Part shown: one piece after another, positions 13,232 through 24,100 of the stretch
How positions within the stretch are numbered: the stretch's first letter is position 1
Layout of the letters: every line of letters starts with the position of its first letter
Source of the DNA: Macrostomum lignano
Lineage: Eukaryota
NCBI GenBank assembly: GCA_002269645.1
Contig: NIVC01000621.1
Span: 434,001 to 498,000, forward strand
DNA length: 64,000 bases
Direction: 5' to 3'
The notes under the pieces: model-generated
What the model was told of the DNA's origin: nothing
Seen by the model: the letters and a program-made list of their open reading frames with translations, nothing else
The model's database searches: none
Translations under genes and position numbers: made by a program

Positions 13232-14943
13232 TCAGATATTAACATAGTCTGGATCGCGGTGCAGCCTATTGCGAAGCATGCGAGCCTCACGTCTCAAGCT
13301 GACAAGGAGCCGCTCGCGTCTGTGCAACCGGAGCAGCTGTAATAGCATTAGCAGCAGGTCCAGGAACCAGACTAAGAAGCTGAACCATAAACCAATCTGC
13401 AGTATGAAGGGTGTACCAGTATTCCAGTGCTCATACATCGCAAGGTATTCTATTGTTAAATACCTAGACTCACGACTGAAAGGTCGGGGGTTCGATTCTT
13501 GACCCACTTGGTACAATTTGTGTCCTTGAGCAAGACACCTAATTCTCTGCAATGCTCCAGTTCACTCAGCTGTAAAATGGGTGCCAGCATTAGCTGGGGT
13601 AATAGAGGGTGTGTGGCGACCCCCCAGTCCTTGGACTGAACAGCCGTACGCAGCCTTCAGACGCGCCGCGCCCATGCCCATTGGGACAGGTGTAATCAAT
13701 TATTATTATACTATTATGTGACCATCAGTCGCATATATACCCACGGAACTTCTCTCTCACCTTAGCGGCGCCAAAGGTGAACAGAAATCTACCGGAATTG
13801 ATGTCCGGATAATTGGATAGCACGTCACCAAACTGGGCCTGTTCACAGCCGTACCTGCCATTCAGTGAGAAATGAATATTAATTTATGGTATATACAGAT
13901 TTAGTTTTATGGGGTGTCAGGGGTGACAGTTATGGGGTGTCAGGGGCAGCAGTTATGGGGTGTCAGTTATGGGGTGTCAGGGGCAGCAGTTATTGGGTGT
14001 CAGGGGCAGCAGTTATGGGGTGTCAGGGGCAGCAGTTATTGGGTGTCAGGGGCAGCAGTTATTGGGTGTCAGGCGTCAGGGGCAGCAGTTATGGGGTGTC
14101 AGGGGCAGCAGTTATTGGGTGTCAGGGGCAGCAGTTATTGGGTGTCAGGGGCAGAAGTTATGGGGTGTCAGGCGTCAGGGGCAGCAGTTATGGGGTGTCA
14201 GGGGCAGCAGTTATGGGGTGTCAGGGGCAGCAGTTATTGGGTGTCAGGGGCAGCAGTTATTGGGTGTCAGGGGTGACAGTTATTGGGTGTCAGTGGCAGC
14301 AGTTATTGGGTATCAGTTATTGGGTGTCAGGGGTGCCAGAGCACACACTATATCTTGGTGCTGAAAGAGACTGCTGATTAAGACAACAATTTGAATAGTA
14401 AATTAGCAATACTTACTCAAACACATCACTCATAAGCAGGCACCATTGGAACAGGCCGCCAGTAACAATAGCTGCTTCCATTGCCAATGAGATAGTAAAG
14501 AATGAGCTCACTTGTACGCCAAAGAATACCGTTAGAAATGACCTATTATTCAATGATGTGCATTAATGAGTGCTTACGAGTATATAATATAAGAAGACTT
14601 TCGGAAGACTTGAATTATGCGACAATACTACTCACGCTTCTCGTTGCAAGTAGAGATGCACGCCTATGAAAAATGCGTAGAACAGTGACACTAATAGCTG
14701 GGCGCAGCCAATAAACACGCCGAAAGTGCAATGAGACTGCAGGCCCCATTCGGTAACCACTAGAAAGTGATGATCATACGGACCGGTGGCGTTAGCGCTC
14801 CAATGCGCTCTAGAGAATAGCGGACAATGTCCATTGAAGTCGGCAACACTGATAGCCATTGGCACAATTATGCACAGTGAACTGACAATTAATGCGGATT
14901 GCAGGCCGGCTTTGCCAATTTGAAACAGGTCCCCAAGAGCCAT
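13232..14943 (-). CDS. TMEM179: Transmembrane protein 179, 230 aa. Exons 14943-14636, 14542-14417, 13854-13761, 13396-13232
   Basis: DFNGHCPLF...W..N.T...V.EWG...C, GLFQWC, YGCEQ and IGLWFSFLVW match the TMEM179 family. All four exons have GT-AG ends and total 693 nt in frame. Confidence 0.9.
13440..13717 (+). mobile_element. tRNA-derived CORE-SINE in TMEM179 intron 3 (antisense to the gene)
   Basis: A B-box GGTTCGATTCT (13489-13499) is followed by TGTGTCCTTGAGCAAGACACCT...CAGCTGTAAAATGGG (13519-13581), which resembles the MIR/CORE domain, and a (TAT)n tail. Confidence 0.75.
13905..14335. repeat. 23-bp minisatellite in TMEM179 intron 2
   Basis: Unit GGGGTGTCAGGGGCAGCAGTTAT. Confidence 0.95.
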
Positions 14944-15129
14944 GTTGCTTTGCGTTGCTTTATGATAGCCAAATTAATAGTCTTTTCCAACTTTTAACTG
15001 CAATGGGCGAAATCTTCTTTAAGGACAACTAATAGGAAGATTTTTAAGGACGTTGAAAGCACGATTCTTGAGAACGCTTGACGTACGATTCTTGGGGATG
15101 TTTAAAGTAGGATTCATGAAAACTTTTAA

Positions 15130-16385
15130 AGGATGATTCTTAAGGACGTGTAAAGCATGATTCCTAAGGACGTGTAAAGCATGATTTCTAAGGACGTGTA
15201 AAGCATGATTCCTAAGGACGTGTAAAGCATGATTCCTAAGGACGTGTAAAGCATGATTCCTAAGGACGTGTAAAGCATGATTCCTAAGGACGTGTAAAGC
15301 ATGATTCCTAAGGACGTTTAAAGCATGATTCCTAAGGACGTGTAAAGCATGATTCCTAAGGACGTGTAAAGCATGATTCCTAAGGACGTGTAAAGCATGA
15401 TTCCTAAGGACGTGTAAAGCATGATTCCTGAGGATGTTTAAAGCATGATTCCTGAGGATTTTTAAAGCATGATTCCTAAGGACGTTTAAAGCATGATTCC
15501 TAAGGACGTGTAAAGCATGATTCCTAAGGACGTGTAAAGCATGATTCCTAAGGACGTGTAAAGCATGATTCCTAAGGACGTGTAAAGCATGATTCCTAAG
15601 GACGTGTAAAGCATGATTCCTAAGGACGTGTAAAGCATGATTCCTAAGGACGTTTAAAGCATGATTCCTAAGGACGTGTAAAGCATGATTCCTAAGGACG
15701 TGTAAAGCATGATTCCTAAGGACGTGTAAAGCATGATTCCTAAGGACGTGTAAAGCATGATTCCTAAGGACGTGTAAAGCATGATTCCTAAGGACGTTTA
15801 AAGCATGATTCCTGAGGACGTTTAAAGCATGATTCCTGAGGACGTTTAAAGCATGATTCCTGAGGATGTTTAAAGCATGATTCCTGAGGATGTTTAAAGC
15901 ATGATTCCTGAGGATGTTTAAAGCATGATTCCTAAGGACGTGTAAAGCATGATTCCTAAGGACGTGTAAAGCATGATTCCTAAGGACGTGTAAAGCATGA
16001 TTCCTGAGGATGTTTAAAGCATGATTCCTGAGGATTTTTAAAGCATGATTCCTAAGGACGTTTAAAGCATGATTCCTGAGGATGTTTCAAGCATGATTCT
16101 TTAGGACGTTCAAAGCATGATTCCTAAGGACCTGTAAAGCATGATTCCTAAGGACGTGTAAAGCATGATTCCTAAGGACGTGTAAAGCATGATTCCTAAG
16201 GACGTGTAAAGCATGATTCCTGAGGATGTTTAAAGCATGATTCCTGAGGATTTTTAAAGCATGATTCCTAAGGACGTTTAAAGCATGATTCCTGAGGATG
16301 TTTAAAGCATGATTCTTTAGGACGTTCAAAGCATGATTCCTAAGGACGTGTAAAGCATGATTCCTAAGGACGCTTAAAGCACGAT
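15130..16385. repeat. 24-bp minisatellite (~50 copies) between TMEM179 and TBCC
   Basis: Unit GCATGATTCCTAAGGACGTGTAAA. Confidence 0.95.
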
Positions 16386-16957
16386 TACTAAGGCCTGTGA
16401 TTCTTGAGGACGTTTGAAGTACGATTTTTAAACGCTCAATAAACTTTGAGGAATATAAACATAAACGTTGAATTGCCTGTTGCCAGAATAAAATGAGCTT
16501 AAAACTCTTATTGACTACTGATGATAGGAAGCTTAGTAAGTAGTTTAGCTCTGGGCTGATTCGAAATTTTAATTAGGACAATAAAAACTAAAGATTCTTT
16601 AAGACTTTAAATAGACAGGTATTCCAAAGAAAAATTGAAAAAATTGAAAAAAAAACATTCAAAAAGTTACAAAGCAAAAATTCAACATTTATTTATCTGC
16701 ATAAATGTTAAGAAAACAAGCAAAACACACGGTTATGTTAGCATTAATAAGCACTGCTTGAAATGTTGCCGTACTACTATGAGTAAGTCTACCTTTTTTA
16801 AATGAGGCAATTTTGTGTATAAGTCTACAAGCATAAAGTGCCAACAGAAAGAAAAAAATATATACTTCACTAATAGGGATTCAGTTAAAGGTGGAGCCTT
16901 CCTTCTGCGGTATGTCTTGTTTGACCTTTTCTAAACAGTCTATTTATGATCGGGGTA

Positions 16958-18826
16958 TTATTCTTCCCAGTTAAGCCGGTCAGTCTCGGGCATAATTGAC
17001 CAGTTAGGGGAGGCCACGTGACCAGCCAGGTGATTGAAATCCTGTACTTGATCCCACTGATTGCGATGCCAGTTGAGACCAGACAGGGTCACGTGATCTG
17101 ACAGATTAGCGTAATTGAAATTGTACGGCGCGATCAGTACATCATTGCTGTACTCAATAATTGGAGTAGAAGTGACGTGCAAATACAATTTACACCTGGT
17201 ACTGCTGTGCAATCTAAGCTGATGGCAGGCAACAACCAGAGTGAAATCGGTGCATTTCTCAATTAGCACTGACCGATGCACTGGGCCGCACAGTATTGTG
17301 CAATTGGTAAGGCCGTTCAAATGCAATGTAGCAGGGTGGCTAAGGACTTTAATAGTGCAATCGGCCAGGTCGCTTAGTAAGATGTCCTTGTTAGCGACTG
17401 ATTCGTCTGATAGAACAACTGCTTTGCCTGTCAGATTGTGCAAAGTTGGCTCAACTTTTGGTTGTAGTGTTTGTTGTTGCTGCTTCTGCGGCTGCTGCTG
17501 CGGCTGTTGCTGCTTTGAGTTGCGATTCGAAGATGCAGCCGAGCTGAATGCAAATTTCTTTTTTGGGACAACTCGCTCTCTGAAAGAAGACAGGTGTGTC
17601 AATTAGTCCTGAGCATGTCCTGAATAATGCCACTATGAATGAGGACAGGTGTGTCAATTAGTCCTGAGCATGTCCTGAATAATGCCACTCTGAATGAGGA
17701 CAGGTGTGTTAATTAGTCCTGAGCATATCCTGAATAATGCCACTCTGAATGAGGACAGGTGTGTCAATTAGTCCTGAGCATGTCCTGAATAATGCCACTC
17801 TGAATGAGGACAGGTGTGTCAATTAGTCCTGAGCATATCCTGAATAATGCCACTCTGAATGAGGACAGGTGTGTCAATTAATCCTGAGCATATCCTGAAT
17901 AATGCCACTCTGAATGAGGACAGGTGTGTCAATTAGTCCTGAGCATGTCCTGAATAATGCCACTCTGAATGAGGACAGGTGTGTCAATTAGTCCTGAGCA
18001 TGTCCTGAATAATGCCACTCTGAATGAGGACAGGTGTGTCAATTAGTCCTGAGCATATCCTGAATAATGCCACTCTGAATGAGGACAGGTGTGTCAATTA
18101 GTCCTGAGCATGTCCTGAATAATGCCACTCTGAATGAGGACAGGTGTGTCAATTAGTCCTGAGCATGTCCTGAATAATGCCACTCTGAATGAGGACAGGT
18201 GTGTCAATTAGTCCTCAGCATGTCCTGAATAATGCCACTCTGAATGAGGACAGGTGTGTCAATTAGTCCTCAGCATGTCCTGAATAATGCCACTCTGAAT
18301 GAGGACAGGTGTGTCAATTAGTCCTCAGCATGTCCTGAATAATGCCACTCTGAATGAGGACAGGTGTGTCAATTAGTTCTGAGCATGTCCTGAATAATGC
18401 CACTCTGAATGAGGACAGGTGTGTCAATTAGTCTCACCTCAAATCAGCCAATTTATTAGCCAACTCTTCAACCTTCGCCTTGGCAGACGCTGACACGTAA
18501 GCCGGTAAAAAGCCAACAGAATCCGAGTGGTACCGCTGCAGACAAGCGATTTTGTCGTTTATAGCGGCTAAACTGTTATTAATATCAACCGTACTAATCG
18601 CAGCAGTTTTAACTGACTCCAGAGCTTCCATGTCTTCTACAATGGCCAATCTTTCCGCGTCAAAGGCCGCCTCAAATGCAGTGTACTGCTCAGCCTCGGA
18701 CTTGCCCTCAGCCCTGCAAGCTCGGAGCTCTTCAATACGTCGACGAATTTCAGCTTCCCGAGCCGTCATCTTGGCCGTCATCTCGGCCAGACGAGAGTCC
18801 GTCGTTGAAGTCGATGGTGTCGACAT
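16958..18826 (-). CDS. TBCC: Tubulin-specific chaperone C, 336 aa. Exons 18826-18438, 17579-16958
   Basis: N-domain DSVGFLPAY, linker PKKKFAF, and C-CAP/cofactor C domain (HQLRLH, HVTSTPIIE, NQWDQVQDFNHL, SPNW). The join AG|GTGAGA...TTTCAG|A gives Arg. Confidence 0.93.
17580..18437. repeat. 55-bp minisatellite (~15.5 copies) making up the whole TBCC intron
   Basis: GAGGACAGGT recurs every 55 bp from 17641 to 18356 and beyond; the array reaches both splice sites. Confidence 0.97.
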
Positions 18827-18904
18827 TATTTGTTGGGCAGGAGAAGTGCAAAAAGTTCAACTTGTGTTTCATTGTGAAATCATTGTAGTACCTGATAGCT
18901 CTTA

Positions 18905-19503
18905 TCTCACCCTTGTATGTATCTCTCTGATTTCACTGCTGTCTCTTACTATTCTCACCCCTGTCTCTTACTAATCTCACCCCTGTTTCTTACCAATCTC
19001 ACTCCTGTCTCTTATTAATCTTACCCCAGTCTCTTACTACTCTCACCCAGACTCTCACTAATCTCACCCCTGTCTCTCTCTAATCTCATCCCTGTCTCTC
19101 CCTAATCTCATCCCTGTCTTTCCCTAATCTCATCCCTGTCTCTCCCTAATCTCATCCCTGTCTCTCCCTAATCTCATCCCCGTCTCTCCCTAATCTCATC
19201 CCCGTCTCTCCCTAATCTCATCCCCGTCTCTCCCTAATCTCATCTCTGTCTCTCCCTAATCTCATCCCCGTCTCTCCCTAATCTCACCCCGTCTCTCCCT
19301 AATCTTACTCCCGTCTCTCCCTAATCTCATCCCCGTCTCTCCCTAATCTCATCCCCATCTCTCCCTAATCTCATCCCCGTTCTCTCCTTAATCTCACCCG
19401 TCTCTTCGTAATCTCACCCCCGTCTCTCCCTAATCTCATCCCTGTCTCTCCCTAATCTCATCCCTGTCTCTCCCTAATCTCATCCCTGTCTCTCCCTAAT
19501 CTC
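18905..19503. repeat. ~21-bp pyrimidine-rich minisatellite upstream of TBCC
   Basis: Unit CTCTCCCTAATCTCATCCC(C/T)GT. Confidence 0.9.
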
Positions 19504-20251
19504 ACATTGCATCATTGTACATTCAATTTTCTCTTTTGACCTCGACAACTTTCTATCTAAGTATTCTCAACCATAAAACAAATGAAAAAAACAGAAAAAT
19601 ACCAAACAAATTCTACTTGAATTGAACATTATATTGGCATGGCTTAAGCAAATCAACTCATAACTTAAGCGATTGAATTTAGGAAAAGTTTACATCCTCA
19701 TGGTTGCTTTAGAAGCAGCAGCAGCAGCAGCAGCAGAAGCAACGGTACAAAAGAAGATTTCAATTAAAAGACGAGAAAAGTACTACCAACACGAACAACA
19801 TCAAATGGCACAAAAGCACTTTGTACTACTTTTAGTACGGCTTTTCAAGACCATGTCTATGGGCCAAACCTGCATTTTTACTAGTAATTCTACTGAAGGC
19901 TTAGCTTGAGAGAACCTCGGGGCAAAAAAGTGGTCTTCAATTAAAAACTTATATTGGTATTATATATCTAAATATACTAAATACATGTACTATTAGTATT
20001 ACAGACAAAATAATCACTAAGACACAATTTACAATGCACATCGGCCCCGACTTTCTAACCGTGTTAAGGAAAGCCAATTTTCACGGATGCGGTGAGCCAT
20101 AGAGTTTAAATCAGTCGGAAAATTCGCGAGCCGTCTATGGCTCAACCCGTCTTAGTCATCGAGTTACCAAACAAGTTTAATTTTTTGTCCTAATTAGCAC
20201 TAATAATAAATTATATATCAGTACAAAGGCTGCAGAAAAAACCACTTTAAA

Positions 20252-21169
20252 TATAGGATTTTTCGTTTGATTTCACAAAATTGTCATTTGATTTCGTCCA
20301 TAGAAGTTGGCAGCGCGGCCATAGAATAGAGTCTATGGCAATAAAGTGCGCTGTTTTCCGATCAAATTCACAACTTTGCCACTTCATTTCGACATACCCA
20401 GTAGAAAGGCAACAGAAAAGTCGATGCGCTTGTCCAGTACAGAAAGAACTGTTAAAAACAGAAAGCTGTGTATTTAAGTCACATGAGGAAGTAGGCAGTT
20501 GCAACAGTGAAATCAGTTATGTCCGCCAAAGTTAATGCTCGTTCGCTGCAACAAGCTACTGTACAAATTTTACATTATCTGCTGCTGATTGATGCACAGG
20601 GGCAGAAACCGCATCACATGTCGTTCCCAGTCAAGGCACTTCGCGGCGGAAATTTCCTCTAGTGCAACATAGCCGCAACGGAAAAGCACCATGAGTCTCC
20701 ACTACGTTAGGTTGATGCCATCAGGCGGATAGCTAAGTTCCTGTTGAAGCTCAGGTGTTGCTAGCTGGCGTTTAAGCGAAGCCTTGAGACAACTGTGTTC
20801 CGCGGCGTTAAGAAATGGAGAATACGGTGGCAGAGTTCGCAGTTAAATACGATTGGCTGCGTTTATACGTTTCCAATGGACGCGTATGCAGCCATTTTTA
20901 GGCACACCAGGAAGGTGACTGTTGCCCAAAAAGAGGACACGTTCATATAGGCTTTTATTTCTATGAGAGGTTTGGCCATAGATATTCACCCACTGATATC
21001 CCAACCCCCTCTGGCAGTGTTTGAGTCACTCCGCGCGTCAAGTCGAAATGAAGTGGCAAAGTCATGAATTCAATCGGAAAACAGCGCACTTTATTGCCAT
21101 AGACTCTATGGCCGCGCTGCCAACCAAAATCAAATGACAATTCCATGAAATCAAACGAAAAATCATATA
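20252..21169. mobile_element. MITE-like element with ~130-140-bp terminal inverted repeats (20252-20393 and 21042-21169)
   Basis: GATTTTTCGTTTGATTTCA...CTTTGCCACTTCATTTCGAC is mirrored by GTCGAAATGAAGTGGCAAAG...TGAAATCAAACGAAAAATC, with small indels. The ends are TA-rich and there is no internal ORF. Confidence 0.7.
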
Positions 21170-21199
21170 ATTTACTAAGCACAAACTAATTTCAAATTA

Positions 21200-24100
21200 T
21201 TACGATGGACTGTTGGAGTTGTGCCTGCTGCCCGAGGGCTTCTCCGCAGAGTCTGCTGCAACCTGTTGCTGCTTCTGCTGCTGTGGAACAACAGCAACAG
21301 AAGACAACAGACGCTTAACCGGCTCCGGCTTTGATTGGTTGGCCTCTTTAACAACGCTAGCTTCTTCTCCTTTTCCAGTGGCAAGCGCCACTTTCTCGCC
21401 GGCAGCTTCCGCTTCCTTCAGGGCCCGTTCGACATCCTCACGCAGCTGGCGATCTCGGTCGGCAATTTCGGCGTCAATCTGTCTGGCGCTAAGCTCGCGC
21501 CGGCGCCTGGCGCGATCGCAGAATTGGCGCGGTCGATAATAGAGCCGATAGGGATGCGAGTCGGCCAGGGTTCGAATCGAGCCGCGCAGTTGCTCAGTTG
21601 AACGGCGCCAAGCGTTGTGCGTTTCGACTAGTTGCATCTGCACGGGGGTAGGGAAGCGATGCTTGAATTTGAGTCAATCACGCAGGCTAGAAATCTAGAA
21701 TAAACGTGTAAGGGTACCTGAAGGTCAAGAAGTAACTATGGGTCAATTTGGTCGGAACCAACGAGGAGCAAATTTAGGTTAAGAACCAACAAGAAATCAA
21801 GTGAGGTCAAGTAGCAACAAGGGGTCAAATGAGGTAAAATACTGATAAGGATCATTTGATGTCAAAAACATAGAGGTCAACTGAGGTCAAGAAACAACAA
21901 GAGGTCAATTGAGGTCAATTGAGGTCAAGAAACAACAAGGGGTCAACTGAGGTCAAGAACCAACAAGAGGTCAACTGAGGTCAAGAAACAACAAGATGTC
22001 AATTGAGGTCAATTGAGGTCAAGAAACAACAAGGGGTCAACTGAGGTCAAGAACCAACAAGAGGTCAACTGAGGTCAAGAAACAACAAGATGTCAATTGA
22101 GGTCAAGAACCAACAAGAGGTCAATTGAGGTCAAGAAACAACAAGGGGTCAACTGAGGTCAAGAAACAACAAGGAGTCAACTGAGGGCAAGAACCAACAA
22201 GAGGTCAACTGAGGTCAAGAATCAAGGGGTCAACTGAGGACAAAAATTAAATGAGGTGCCAATTCGAGGTCAACAAACCAAGAGTAAAGTCGAGGTAAAG
22301 AACTATTGCGGTCTGTTTAAGGTCGAGAAAAAGAGGGCCATTTAAGATAAAGAACGCAAGTACGGAAGATCAAAGATTCAATTCAGGTAGGAAACTAACT
22401 ACGCAAAAAATCGCACCTGAGTCTCCAAAGCCACAATCTCAGCTTGACGACGCTTTTTCTCGCGAGCCAGCTCGGTTATATCGCGCTGCATCTGCTCCTG
22501 CTCCCGTTTGACGCTCTCCTCGATTCGCTGCTCCACCTCCCGCCTATGCTGGTAGCTCTCCTGACGTTCCCGATCCCGCTCTGCCGCGGTGAACTGTTTC
22601 AACGTGCCCAGCATAACGCCGAACATGCGTCGATTTCTAGCTTTGATTTCGCTATCCTCGGAGGCCGTCTGCTCTTTGATGGCGGCTCGGCGGGCGCGTT
22701 GAAATTCTTCTAGGGGAACTGTTGCTGTTGCTGCTGCTGCTGCTGGGCGGCTCTGTTCAGTAGAAAAAGTTATTAATAGATAAGAGCTTGCAAATATACT
22801 TAATTATAATATAATAGGTAAGTACTTTTCCACTGCAGTACGCCTGGTTTGAAGCCGGCTCTCATACAGTAACTGATTTTGGCGCCATCTCTGATATAGT
22901 AGCTGATTTTGGCGCCATCTCTGATATAGTAGCTTATTTTGGAGCCAACTCTAATACAGTAGCTGATTTTGGCGCCATCTCTGATGCAGTAGCTGATTTT
23001 GGCGCCAAATGTGATACAATAGTTGATTTTGGCGCCAAATGTGATACAATAGTTGATTCTGGCGCCAAATGTGATACAATAGTTGATTTTGGCGCCAAAT
23101 CTGATACAATAGTTGATTTTGGCGCCAAATGTGATACAATAGTTGATTTTGGCGCCAAATCTGATACAATAGTTGATTTTGGCGCTAAATCTGATACAAT
23201 AGTTGATTTTGAGCGCTAAATCTGATACAATTGTTGATTTTGGCGCCAAATCTGATACAATAGTTGATGTTGGCGCCAGATCTGATACAATAGTTGATGT
23301 TGGCGCCAAATGTGATACAATAGTTGATTTTGGCGCCAGATCTGATACAATAGTTGATGTTGGCGCCAAATCTGATACAATAGTTGATTTTAGCGCTAAA
23401 TCTGATACAATAGTTGATTTTGGCACCAAATCTGATACAATAGTTGATTTTGGCACCAAATCTGATACAATAGTTGATTTTGGCGCCAAATCTGATACAA
23501 TAGTTGATTTTGGCACCAAATCTGATACAATAGTTGATTTTAGCGCTAAATCTGATACAATAGTTGATTTTGGCACCAAATCTGATACAATAGTTGATTT
23601 TGGCACCAAATCTGATACAATAGTTTATGTTGGCGCCAGATCTGATACAATAGTTGATTTTGGCGCCAGATCTGATACAATAGTTGATTTTGGCACCAAA
23701 TCTGATACAATAGTTGATTTTAGCGCTAAATCTGATACAATAGTTGATGTTGGCGCCAGATCTGATACAATAGTTGATGTTGGCGCCAGATCTGATACAA
23801 TAGTTGATTTTGGCGCCAAATCTGATACAATAGTTGATTTTGGCACCAAATCTGATACAATAGTTTATGTTGGCGCCAGATCTGATACAATAGTTGATTT
23901 TGGCGCCAGATCTGATACCATAGTTGATTTTGGCGCCAGATCTGATACAATAGTTGATTTTGGCGCCAGATCTGATACAATAGTTGATTTAGGCGCCAGA
24001 TCTGATACAATAGTTGATTTTGGCGCCAGATCTGATACAATAGTTGATTTAGGCGCCAGATCTGATACAATAGTTGATTTTGGCGCCAGATCTAATACAA

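Noticed and set aside
13445-13510. tRNA gene
   Set aside because: The A-box and cloverleaf are degenerate, and the sequence runs directly into a SINE core.
3893-18437. 46-bp and 55-bp regular repeats as CRISPR arrays
   Set aside because: The units are contiguous with no unique spacers, there are no cas genes, and both arrays lie in spliceosomal introns.
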